This document shows positions 38,391 through 50,700 of a DNA stretch of 64,000 nucleotides, in pieces. The notes beneath the pieces were generated by a model. That model was not told the origin of the DNA, searched no databases, and was given only the letters and a program-made list of their open reading frames with translations. The stretch covers positions 12,524,001-12,588,000 of the forward strand of contig JAGIQG010000036.1 in assembly GCA_024679065.1 (NCBI GenBank), given 5' to 3'. The stretch comes from Sphyrna mokarran. Its lineage: Eukaryota. Each line of letters starts with the position of its first letter. Position 1 is the first letter of the stretch. Position numbers and translations under genes: made by a program.

Positions 38391-40225
38391 ATTTATCCTG
38401 CCAGAATGAATCGACTCGCACTTATCAGGGTTAAACTCCATCTGCTATTTTTCAGCCCAGCTCTGCATTCAATCAATATCTCTTTGCAGCCTACAACTGC
38501 CCTCCACCTCATCCACTACCCCACCAATCTAGGTGTCATCAGCAAATTTACTGAGCCACCCTTCAGCCCCCTCCTCCAAGTAATTGATAAAAATCACAAA
38601 TAGTAGAGGACCCAGCACTGATCCCTCTTACACAGCTGGTAACTGATCTCTAGTCTGAAAATTTTCCATCCAGCACCACCTTATGTCTTCTATGAGGTAG
38701 CCAGTTATCTAATTGGCCAAGTTTCCCTCTATCCCACACATTCTTACTTTTATTGTGAGCCTGCCATGGAGAACCTTATCAAACGCCTTACTAAAATCCA
38801 TGTACATGACATCAATTGCTCTATCTTCATCCACACACTCAGTTACCTCCTCAAAAAATTTAATCAAATTTGTGAGGCAAGATTTACCCTTCATGACTCT
38901 GGGTTGACTATCCCAGATTAAGCTGCATCTTTCCAAATGGGCATAAATCCTACCCCTCAGGGCCTTGTCCATTAACTTACTGACCACCGAGGTAAGACTG
39001 ACTATCCTATAATTACCAGGGTCATTCTTATTTCCTTTCTTGAACAGAGGAACAACATTCACCACTTTTCAGTTCTCTGGCACTATCCCTGTGGACAGTG
39101 AGGACCCAAAGATCAAAGATCAAAGATCAAAGATTGCTCTGCAATCTCCTCTCTTGCTCCTAAAAAATTCTAGGATGTATCCCATCTGGCCCAGTTGACT
39201 TATCAACTCTCAGATTTTCCAAAATTGTTAATAAACCTTCCCTCTGAACATCTACCTCCTCCAGCCTATGAGCCTGTAATATACTCTCATCATCAAAAAC
39301 ATGCCCCCCCCCCTCCTTGGTGAACACTGAAGTATTCATTCATCACCTCTCCTATGTCTTCTGACTCCATCCACAAGTTCCCACTACTATCCTTGATTGG
39401 CCCCAACCTCACCTTGGTCATTTTTTATTTCTCACATAAGAGTGAGTTTCCTTTGGGTGCTCCAGTTTCCTCCCACAGTTCCAATGATGTGCAGGTTAGG
39501 TTGATTGGCCATGCTAAAATTGCCCCTTAGGGTCCTGGGATGTGTAGGTTAGAGAGATTAGCAGATAAATGTGTAGGGATATAGGGAATAGTGCCTGGGT
39601 GGGAATGTGGTCAGAGCAGACTTGATGGGCCTAAAGGGTCTGTTTCTGCACTGTAGGGTTCTATATTCCATGTTCAATAAGAGTGAAAAGCCTTGAGGTT
39701 TTACTTGATCCAATCCACAAAGGACATCTCATGCCCCCACATAGCTCTCCTAAGCCCCCCTTTTTTTTAGCTCATTCCTTGCTATCTTGTAACCATCAAG
39801 CGACCCAACTGAACTGTTTCCTCAAATATAAAACTCAATCACTAAATTTATATTGAGATATGTGGGGTCATCCATTAATCTGACAGTCTGGGATTGTACT
39901 GTGAATTGTGGTGGAGTGTGTGTGGCTGTGGCTCCAGTGCAGTGACACTTTCCAACTGTCTTCACTTCTTAGTATTCTGTTCAGAGAATCCAAATCTACA
40001 AACCCCATACCGAATCACCAGATTCTTCAAATCTCTCACGTTGGGCAAAAGGAAAAAATTTGCATTAGTATCTAAGGGTCCTTCACAGAAAGGTTTTTGC
40101 ATCTTTCCCCTCGTCTTCATCACCATGTTTGCATTTGCTGAGCGAATATACATTGTAACCATTCCGGGAGCAGAATTAAAAGGACAGATCGGCAAAGAGA
40201 CAAACATCAATCTTTCGAAGAGAAC

Positions 40226-40268
40226 GAGAAGGCCCAGAAACTGAGTGTGTTCCTCATTGTGCTCGGAG
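40226..40268 (+). pseudogene. PLA2 exon-1 relic, opposite orientation
   Basis: EKAQKLSVFLIVLG with intact gtaagt donor; ATG position reads GAG; followed by the intron-1 satellite at 40430-40600; no + strand exon 2 or 3 seen. Confidence 0.75.
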
Positions 40269-41633
40269 GTAAGTGATCAGCTGGAGACTTCAGGGGATGT
40301 GCTGGTGGAATAGGGGCAATATCAAATGAAGCAACACTCAAAACCTGGGCACAATTCAGAACAGATAAGTTGTAACAGCCAAACAAACAGTAGAAAATGT
40401 GAATATTGGTCTTCAAGTGTTTCATGGGGATATTGTAAAGGAGCTTTACTCTGTATCTAACCCCGAGCTATACCTGTCCTGGGAGTGTTTGATGGGGGAC
40501 AGTGTAGAGGCAACTTTACTCTGTAGCTAGCCCTGTTCTCTGCCTGCCCTGCGAGTGTGTGATGGGGACAGTGTAGAGGGACATTTACTCTATATCTAAC
40601 CCTGTTATCCTCAGTAACTTCTACAAATGACCCCAGTAACTCCTATAAATTACCCCCAGTAATTCCCTATAAATTGCCCCCAGTAACGCCCTATAAATTG
40701 CCCCCAGTAACTCCTATAAATTACCTACAGTAACTCAAAGAACAAAGAACAAAACATCACGGGAAACAGGCCCTTCGGCCCAACGAGCCCGCGCTGCCAC
40801 CTCGCTCCCATTTCTACCCGCGATCCCTGTCTATGTTTATAGACTCCTATAAATTATCCCAGTAACTCCCTATAAATTACCCCCAGTACAACCTATAATT
40901 ACCCCCACGAACTGTATCCCAGTGAAAAAAGTCTCCTTCAAAATCGATGCTCTAATGAGAGATGGTACATTCAGAAACTGTCCCCCAATGTGTGAGACAG
41001 CACCTTGCTGATCTCTATCGTAATGAGAGGCAGCATCTTCAGGAAGTGTACCCAATGAGATTCAACATTTCCAGGAACTGCACCCCAGTGAGAGTCAGAA
41101 CCTTCAGAAAATGGATCTCAGACATGGTTACCATCTTTAGGATAGAACCTGGATCTGTAGCTCAGCTCAAGAATGGCATTTCACGTTAACAAATCCAAAT
41201 GACAAGTCTAGACTGGCTCTGCTTGTCCCAGTTTATGTAAAAAAAAAATTAAATAGTGACTCATATGCCGATTTGTGTCTGTGTAACGCACAGTCCTATT
41301 CCGCTCATTGAATTGTCCACAGTGTTGTTTATCTCCCCCCAGGGTCCTGACAACCAGGGCCAAGACTGATTTCTGTATCAATAATTAACAAGTATTTCCA
41401 CTGCCAGCATCGCTTACTCCCATCAGCGAGAGCAGCAAAGAGGCTTCCTCACTTTATTTCACTGCAATCTCATCTTAAATTAACTCATGGAAAAAAACAG
41501 CAACAAATCCTAGATATGAGTGACACTCGATGATTAAGAAATCAAGAGAAACCGCAGCGACAGGTGTCCCTTCCGAAAGACCAGGAATATTCCATTGGAG
41601 AACCGTATGAATCTCAGCCACATCTCCGCTACT

Positions 41634-41794
41634 TCATTGCAAGTTGGAGCCTGGGACTGTCTGGCACAGGTCCTGGTTGTAATCCACAAACGCCTTGTTG
41701 AACTTGTCGCTATGATTCTTGAAGCACAGAGCAGCAGCGACGTCACATTCACACATCTTGCTTATACACGGGAACAACGATAGCCAGGAGCCAC
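41634..41794 (-). CDS. PLA2-B exon 4
   Basis: (S)GSWLSLFPCISKMCECDVAAALCFKNHSDKFNKAFVDYNQDLCQTVPGSNLQ*; cttttacag acceptor. Confidence 0.93.
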
Positions 41795-44700
41795 CTGTAA
41801 AAGAGGGGATTATAAAAATATATAATGCACACCCAATATTGTACACTCTAATGCTGCAGCTGTTTGCCAACCAACTGCAGGGATCTTTAATGTTGGGGGG
41901 AGGTTGGCGCTCCATAATGCTTCGACTGGATCCAAAATATTTCAGGGAAGAACATCCACATTGAGGAATACTCAATTGTGGACTGCCTCTAATGTTGTAT
42001 TAGTCTCTTCATATTCTGCGAACCCTAATTAAATAAGGATTTCTGGGCAGCACGGTGGCAGTGCAAGGGGCCCAGGATTCAATTCCCGGCTCAGATTACT
42101 GTCTGTGTGGAGTTTGCGCATTCTCCCAGTGTCTATATGGGTTGCCTCTAGGTTTCCTCCCACACTCCAAAGACATGCGGATGAGGTAGATTTGCCATCA
42201 TAAATTGCCCCTTCATGACAGGGGGGGACTATCTTGGGTAAATGCACGGGGTTATGGGGTTAGAGCCTGGTTGGGTTTGTAGACTTGATGGGCTGAATGG
42301 CCTCCATCTGCAGTGTAGGAATCTATGATTCTATGATCTTTACTGTGGTCCATAATGCTGTGGGGTCTTTAATCCCTAATTACCAAGTTTCTCATGAGTC
42401 TCCCTCACTTGTTGAAGACAGTGACAGTGTGATGCAAAAGGCCATTTAAGGATACAATTCAATAAAGGTTATGCGTTATTTTCTTCTTTCATGAGATGCA
42501 GACTTCTTGTCGAGGTCTGTTGTCAGCATCTGTTGTCCACTTGCGAAGTGAGTGTCTCGTTCGACCATTTCAGAGGGGCAGTTAAGAGTCAACCACATTG
42601 TTATGTGTCTGGTATCGTAAAGAGACCAGACTTGGTGAAGACGGCAGATTTCCTTCCCTAAAAGGATATCAACTTATACATTTATTTATTAATGTCACAG
42701 TAGGCTTACGCTAACACTGCAATGAAGTCACTGTCAAAATGCCCTAGCCGCCACACTCCGGCGCCTGTTCAGGTACACTGAGGGTAAACTTAGCATGGCC
42801 AATTCCCCCTAACTAATATATCTTTCAGACTGTGGGAGAAAATCAGAGCACCCGGAGGAAACTCATGCAGACACAGGGAGAACATGCAGACTTTGCAAAG
42901 ACAATGACCCAAGCCAGGAATTGAACATGGACCCTCGGCACTGTGAGGCAGCATGCTAACCACTGTGCCACTGTGTGAACCAGATGGACTTAAAAAATGG
43001 GTTAGAGGGATATGGGGAACGGATGGGGGAGGTGGATTTGAGATCAGGAAGAGATCAGCCATGATCTGATCGAATGACGGAGCAGGCTCCAAAGGCTGAA
43101 TTTGCCTACTTCTACTCCTAATTTCTATGTTCCTATCATGCAAGAATGAAAGGAGGCATGTGGCAGAGCTTATTTTTGACAGTGGTTGGGATTTGTAATG
43201 CACTGCTTGGAACTATCAAGGAGGCAGATTTGATTGTGGCTTACCAAAGGACTTTGGAAAAGTATCAGAGGATAAAAATATTGGCAGGACAATGTGGCGG
43301 ATTTGGGATTGGGTGAGTTACTCTTGCAGAGTGCCAGCAATAACAAGTTGGGATGAAAAGACTCCTTTCATGCTGCAACCCTGCCATGATTCTATGAAAA
43401 TTTTGGGGCCACTACAAATCTGAGAACTGAGAGTCAGTACAGATTTGACAGTGCCAATGGACACTCACCTGCAAAGAGAAGGGAAGAGACAAAGAGTTAG
43501 TGGAATTCCCTAAGATCAAACAATGTCTGGTTTGGTATTGTAGATTGAGAAAGGATGACAAGAACCTTGATTTTAACAACACCAATGACTTTAAAATGAC
43601 TATTTTGGTCGAGAATTAAGCATACTAAAATTTTTGCTCAAATTATAACTAAAACCAGATGCTGGTTAGAATGTTGCTGTGAGACATGATCTGGTCTGAG
43701 GGCAGTGACCTGAAGCTTCCTGCATTTACTCTGGAGTAGACCTGGTGGCACTGAGGTAATGAGTTGTATGTGGCAGACATACAACCTGAACAAAGCATAA
43801 GGGCATCGATTACAAGTAATTTCATTGACTGTTTGAGTTGTGCGATCGATTTCTAGTTTGACAATTTCCTGGGGTGACAGATAATCTTCTGGAAGCAAGT
43901 GAAAGAATTTGTAGATAAAAGACATGTGCAGTCTTTTGTCTCTGGCAACAATTCTGTAGAGAGCCACCATCATAAGAAGTGTGCCCTGAAGGAACTTCTT
44001 CAGAGGATAGATTCTACATCGGGAATATACCTAGTTAGTTTTTACTAAAACCTGGTAGTATCTATTTTCAGTTAAATAATTAAAAGTTAAGGTTCAGTTG
44101 AGAGTTAAAGTTCAGTAAAAAAAATGAAAGGTTTAAAGTTGAGGTGGTGAATTGTTAAATAAAAGGAGATTGTTGAGTGAATTAAGTGTTCTTCTTGCTT
44201 GTCTCATTAACCTGGAATACTTGGAGAGTATTTAAATTAATAGCCGAGTAACAGTATTTTACTTACTGCACATCGGAACTTCATCAATGCAGCGTGAAAT
44301 ATAGAGTGTGGTCCAAATGGAACAGCCCATGTTAATGGCGTCACCATAACATTGATCATGCAAATAACAACACCTAGGAGAGAGTGACAAACATTATTTC
44401 ATGATGTAAAGTCCTTCTGTAGAGAATAAAACTCAGTCAGTGCCTAAGCAACAAATCCTCAGATAGGGTGACCGACTCTATAAGATTGCCCTAGAGTTCC
44501 CAAGTGTTAAAAATTAATTTCTTGATTATTCGTAGCAAACGTCCCAGGAGAAAAGTACATAATAGGGAAGTTTGATTTATTTTTTTCCTCCATTTTACTG
44601 GGCACTTTTGCTTATTGGAGATGGACCAGAGGTTTGGAGCGAGCTGCTGGAGGGGGAAGTTATCCAACAAACAATGTTGGAAAATCTCAGCAGGTCTGGC

Positions 44701-47700
44701 AGCATCTGAGGAGAGGGAAACAGAATTAACGTTTCGAGTCCACGTGATTTTTCAGTGGAGGGGCGGAGGGGTAGGGAGGGGGGGAATGCAGGGAAGGGAG
44801 ATTTAGATTTAACTTTAGAATACATCCAATGAAGATGGATATCCCTGTCACGAGACCAAATGCTTTTTAAAGCAAATGGGGTACCTTGCCCATGACAAAC
44901 ATGGCATCCTGCCCATAAGTATGGCTCCATGCCCACAACAAACATGGCATCCTGCCCATAAGTATGGCTCCATGCCCACAACAAACATGGCATCCTGTCC
45001 AGTGATGTTATCACTAGATTATTAATCCAGAAAGTCAGCTAATGTTCTGGGGATCAGGGTTCGAATCCTGCCACCGCAGATGGTGGAATTTGAATTCAAT
45101 AGAAAACAAAATCTGGAATTAAGAATTTGATGATGTCCATGAATCCACTGTTGAGGGAGATTCACTCTGTAAAATCAGCAAAGTGGGAGATTCACTGTTT
45201 AAAATCAGCGAGGACTGAGATTCGGTTTAAAACCAGCGAGGTGGGAGTTTCATTTTGTAAAATCAGTGAGGAGGAGACTCTGGTTAAAATCAGCAAGGAG
45301 GGACATTCACCAGTTAAAATCAGTAAGGAGGGAGATTCACTGTTTAAAATCAGTGAGGAGGAGTGAGATTCACTGGTTAAAATCAGCAAGAAGGAAGATT
45401 CACTGGTTAAAATCAGTGAGGAGGAGTGAGATTCACTGGTTAAAATCAGCAAGAAGGAAGATTCACTGGTTAAAATCAGTGAGGAGGAGTGAGATTCACT
45501 GGTTAAAATCAGCAAGAAGGAAGATTCACTGGTTAAAATCAGTGAGGAGGAGTGAGATTCATTGATTAAAATCAGGAAGGAAAGAGATCCACTGGTTAAA
45601 ATCAATGAGAAGAGAGATTCACTAGTTAAAATCAGCAGGAGTAAGATTTATTGGTTAAAATCAGCGAGGAAGAATTCACTGTTTAAAATCAGTGAGGAGG
45701 GAGCAGGGAAATTCATTGTTTCAAATATTTTGGGGAGTCAGGACCATTTCAGTTGCAAATGAAGCTGAGTGAATGCACAAACAAAGGATAAAGCCCTTCA
45801 GCTCTTTGAGCATGCTGCCCAATTTATTAAGTTCCAGACTGATGTGATAGTAAACTAAAATTGGCATCGCACCTTCCCTCTGATAACCTCTTGTCCCCTT
45901 CCTCACCAAGAAACTGTGGACATCACAGAAATATTGTAAGTTGATTCGTCAGTGAGTGTTTGGTGCAAGGGACAATGTATTGATAGCTAGCTTAGGATAC
46001 CAAAGTCAAAGTAAACTTATGAGAAATATGCCAATCAGTGTAACTTCAGTCAAAGGCAAATTTCTGGAAACAATTCTGCGAGATAAGACAAACTTTCCCT
46101 TAGAAAGACATGGATTAATCAGGAATAGTCAGTGTAATTTTGTTAGAGGAAGTTTGTGTCTTACTAACTTAACAGAATATTTTGAGAAAGTAAGAAGGAG
46201 AATTGGTGAGGGTAGTGCTATTGTCTGCATGGATTTCAGTAAGGCACTTGACAAGGTACCACATGGCAGACTGGTCAATCTTTGGCATTCCCTTCCTCAA
46301 AAAGCGACTGAGACTCTGAATATCTTTAAGGCAGAGGTAGATAAATCCTTGATAGTTGAAAGGCTGTTTTGGTAAAGCTTTTCACAGGTTGTCACTATAA
46401 GGTTCAACATAGCATACAAATATAGAGGATGGGAACAGAGTAGGCCATTCAACACTTCAAGCATCGTTCAATTTATCAAGGATAATCCTCTATCTCAGTG
46501 CCACACTCCAGCGCTCTCCCTGTATCCCCTTGACACTTTAAAGTCTATGTATCTACTTATTTCCTTCTTAAATTATTTTTCATTATTCATTTGACAGAGA
46601 ATTCCATAGGTTCACCACCATCTGAGTGATGAAATTTCTCTTCACCTCAGTCCTAAAAGACCAGTCCATTTCCTGAGGCTATGATTCCTTGTTCCAGAAC
46701 CATCTAGCCAGAGGATACATCCCTGCATCCAATCTGTACAGCCCTGTCAGAATTTTATACGGTTCAATTAATTCCCCTCTCACTCTTCTAAACTTCAATG
46801 AATACAGAACCGGTCGAACAAATCTCTCCTCACACGCCAATCCTGCCATCCCAGGAATCAGTCTGGTGAACCTTTGCTGCAACTCCCTCTACGGGAAGTA
46901 TATCTCATAGAAACCCTACAGTGCAGAAAGAGGCCATTTGGCCCATCGAGTCTGCACCGACCACAATTCCATCCAGGCCCTACCTCCATATCCCTACATA
47001 TTTACCCACTAATCCCACTAAGCTACACAAATAAGAGGCAATTTAAGCATGACTAATCAATCTAAACCCGCACATCTTTGGACTGTGGGGGAAAACTGGA
47101 GCACCCAGAGGAAACCCACGCAGACACAAGGAGAATGTGCAAACTTCACACAAACAATGACCCAAGCCGGGAATCGAACCCAGGTCCCTGGGGCTGTGAA
47201 GCAGCGGTGCTATCGTGCAGTTCTCCTTAGATAAGCAGACCCAAGCTGCACACAATACTCCAGGTGTAGTCTCACCAGGGTCCTGTACAGTGGCTCCTGT
47301 ACTCAAGTCCTCTTGCAATGAAGAGCAACATACCATTTGCCTTCCCAATTGCTTGCTGTACTTGGAAGCCTTCTTTCAGTGACTGGTGTTCTAGGACACC
47401 CTTTGTACGTCAACGCTTCCTAATCGATCCCTATTTAAATAATACTCTGCCACTCTGTTTCTCCATACGAAGTGGAACTTCCAAGCTTCACATTTTTCCA
47501 CATTATACCTGCCACATATTTGCCCACGCACTCAACTTAGCTAAATCACTCTAAATTGTCCAAAGCCTCTTAACGTCCTCCTCACCACCCACCTAGTTTT
47601 GTGTCGTCAGCGAATTTAGATAAAGTACATTTGTTTCTCTGATCCAAATCATTAATGTGTACTGTGAAAAGCTGGAGATCAAGCACTGGTCCCTGCGGAC

Positions 47701-50700
47701 CCCAGTAGTCACTGCCTGCCACAAGCTGTCAGTAAAAGGCATGGAATTGTTATAGATTGGCATAAGGAGCATGAGACTCCACGGGCTTTAGTTGAAGGTG
47801 GGGGACTTACCTTGGCATGTAGGGATATAGATGGTCATAGTCAGTAAGTGTGCAACAAACATTGACATGGTGGGGCTCAGTGGGGGACATAAGGGTGGGC
47901 ATGGATGATGCATGGGGAGCATGTGGGATGGTGAAAAGTCTCGAGGGGTGAGACCTTCTCGTACAACTGGGACACAAAGTCCCGCAGCACTTTGATGAGC
48001 CTTTCAAAACAGTCTGTCCCACACAAGGCAGCCTCCCTGACTGCCTCTGAATTTTTCTCCTCAGGTTGGCTGGCTTGACTGAAGCCCATACCCAGAACGA
48101 AACTCTCACCCTTGCCTGACGCTTTCTCCTGGGGCACATTGACCAAGGAGGAATTCTCCTTTGGTTCCTGCTCTCCACCTTAAGAGCGAAATACTCCACC
48201 TTCTTCCGTCGGGAAAAAGATACAAACGTCTGAGGTCATATACCAACCGAGTCAAGTACATCAGACTTCTGAATGGATCTAGCTCACGTTAAATTGATCT
48301 TTCTCTACACCCTAGCTATGACTGTAACACTACATTCTGCACTCTCTTCTTTCCTTCTCTGTGAATGATATGCTTTGTCTGTACAGTGCGCAAGAAACAA
48401 TACTGCATCCCAATCCATGTGACAATACTAAGTCAAATCAAATTCAAAGAAATTCCAGCCAGAGTGTTTCTCGTGTTCACTATGGACTCATATTACCTGT
48501 CAAGTGCGTCAACGGGTTGGTTGCCACTTCCTCCAATCCCACAAAAACAGCCATAGTTGGAGTAACGTAGTGTATTCATGCCTGGGTTGGCACAGTTGAC
48601 GACAGATGTAAAGTTGGTCATCTTTCTGCCCCGAATATCAAAGCCTTGAACGGGGATTATCATCACTGTGAAACAATCGGGAAAATGTCAGCGTATGATC
48701 AAACACCATGCCCCTCAATCATTGGTCTACCTCCGGATTACTTTTTTCATGGGACATGGGCGTCACAACATTTATTGTCCATGCCACCCTCTTTTTTTAG
48801 AACACCCCTAAACATTTATTTATTTATTATCTATTAATACATTTAGTTTGTAAATTTGTGTCTTTATATGCCCTGTTGGTGAACAGAACTCCCACTGACC
48901 TGAAGAATTAGCAGCAAGCACTCTGAAAGTTAGTGGCGTTTGCTACCAAGTAAACCTGTTGGACTTTAACCTGATGTTGTGAGACTTCTTACTGTGTTTA
49001 CCCCAGTCCAACGCCAACAACTCCATATCAGCATTTATTGCCCATCCACACTGAGAGTCAACCACATTGCTGTGGCTCTGGAGTCACATGTAGGCCAGAT
49101 CAGGTAAAGATGGCAGACTTTCTTCCCTAAAGAACATTGGTGAACCAGATCGGGTTTTTGACAATAGTTTCATGGTCATTAGGAGATTCTTAATTCCAGA
49201 TACTTTTTATTGAATTCAAATTCCACCATTGTCATGGCGGACATATTCAAACCGGGATCCTCAGAACATTAGCTGAGTTTCTGGTTTAATAATCGAGTGA
49301 GAATACAACCATCGAACCATTAAAATATCCCACCTGTTGAAGTGAGAGGGTAAGTCCACATTGATGAACATTGAGCAGCTGGAGGATTTAATTCATTTGA
49401 TGTTGTCTACATTGACTTTAACAAGGCCTTTGACAAGGTACTGCATGGTAGGTTGTTGCATAAAGTTAAACTTCACAAATCCAGGATGAGGTATCTAAAT
49501 GGGTACAAAATTGGCTTCTTAACAAAAGCCAGAGAGTAGTTGGAGAGGGTTAGTTTTTCAAATTGGAAACCAATGTTTGGTTTCATTGGTCAGAACACTG
49601 AATACAGGAGCTTGAATGTCTTGTTGAAGTTGTACAAGAATTGGTAAGGCCACACTTGGAATATAGCATGCATTCTGGTCACCCTATTATATCAAGGGTA
49701 TTATTAAACTAGAAAGGGTAGAGAAAAGATTTACTAGGATGATACCGGGACTTGATGGATTGAGTTATAAAGAGAGGCTGGATAGACTGGAGTGCAGGAG
49801 GCTGAGGGGTGAACTTATAGAGGTCTATAAAATAATGTGGGGCACAGATCAGCTAGATAGTCAATTTCTTTTCCCAAAGCTAGGGGAGTCTAAAACTAGA
49901 GATTTAAGGTGAGAGGGGAGAGATACAAAAGTGTCCAGAGAGGCAAGTCTTTCATACAGAGGGTGGTGAGTGTCTGGAACAAACTGCCAGAGGTAGCAGT
50001 AGAGGCGAGTACAATTTTGTCTTTTAAAAAGCATTTAGATAGTTACATGGTTACGATGGGTGTAGAGGGATATGGGCCAAATGGGGGCAATTGGGATTAG
50101 ATTAGGGGTTTTTAAAAAAAGGGTGGCTTAGTCAAGTGGGGTCGAAGGGCCTGTTTCTGTGCTGTAAATATCTATGACTCTATGACTTTAATAAAATCTG
50201 AACTAAAGTCTGCAGTCACTAACGAAGATCAGGAAATGATTAGACTGTTATAAAAATCCTGCCTGGTTTTCTAATGTCCTGCAAAGAGGAACATCCTGTC
50301 TCCTGTATATGTAACTCCAGCCCTCAGCAATTTGACCGGCTCTTAACTGCCCTTTGAGCAGCACAGTGGCACAGTGGCTAGCACTGCTGCCTTACACCAC
50401 TAGGGAACCAGATTTGAATCCAATCTTGGGTTACCGTCTGTGCAGAGTTTGCATGTTCTCCCCCTGCGTGGTTGTCCTCTGAGTGCTCTGGTTTTCTCCC
50501 ATGGCTCAAAAATGTGCAGGTTAGGTTGATTGGCCATAGTCAATTTCGCCTTAGTGTCAGTGGGATTAGCAGGGTAAATACATGGGACTTGGGACCTGGG
50601 TGGGATTATTGTCGGTGCAGGTTTGATGGGCCAAATGGCCTCCTTCTACACTGTAGGGTTCTATGATTTTTTTAAAAGCTCCCACAAGCTTTGACAACTC

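Noticed and set aside
42938-42975. CACTGTG/CACAGTG heptamers as extra RSSs (also in other SINEs and at 51129, 52354)
   Set aside because: No nonamer at 12- or 23-nt spacing.
45127-45605. Repetitive ORFs (SLILTSES.., EIHWLKS..) and a CRISPR-like look
   Set aside because: Translations of a minisatellite; no unique spacers, and the context is eukaryotic.
47807-48199. 130-aa minus-strand ORF ending at a gtaagt donor in PLA2-B intron 2
   Set aside because: No recognisable homology or clear acceptor, and it would disrupt the PLA2 fold; likely repeat-derived.
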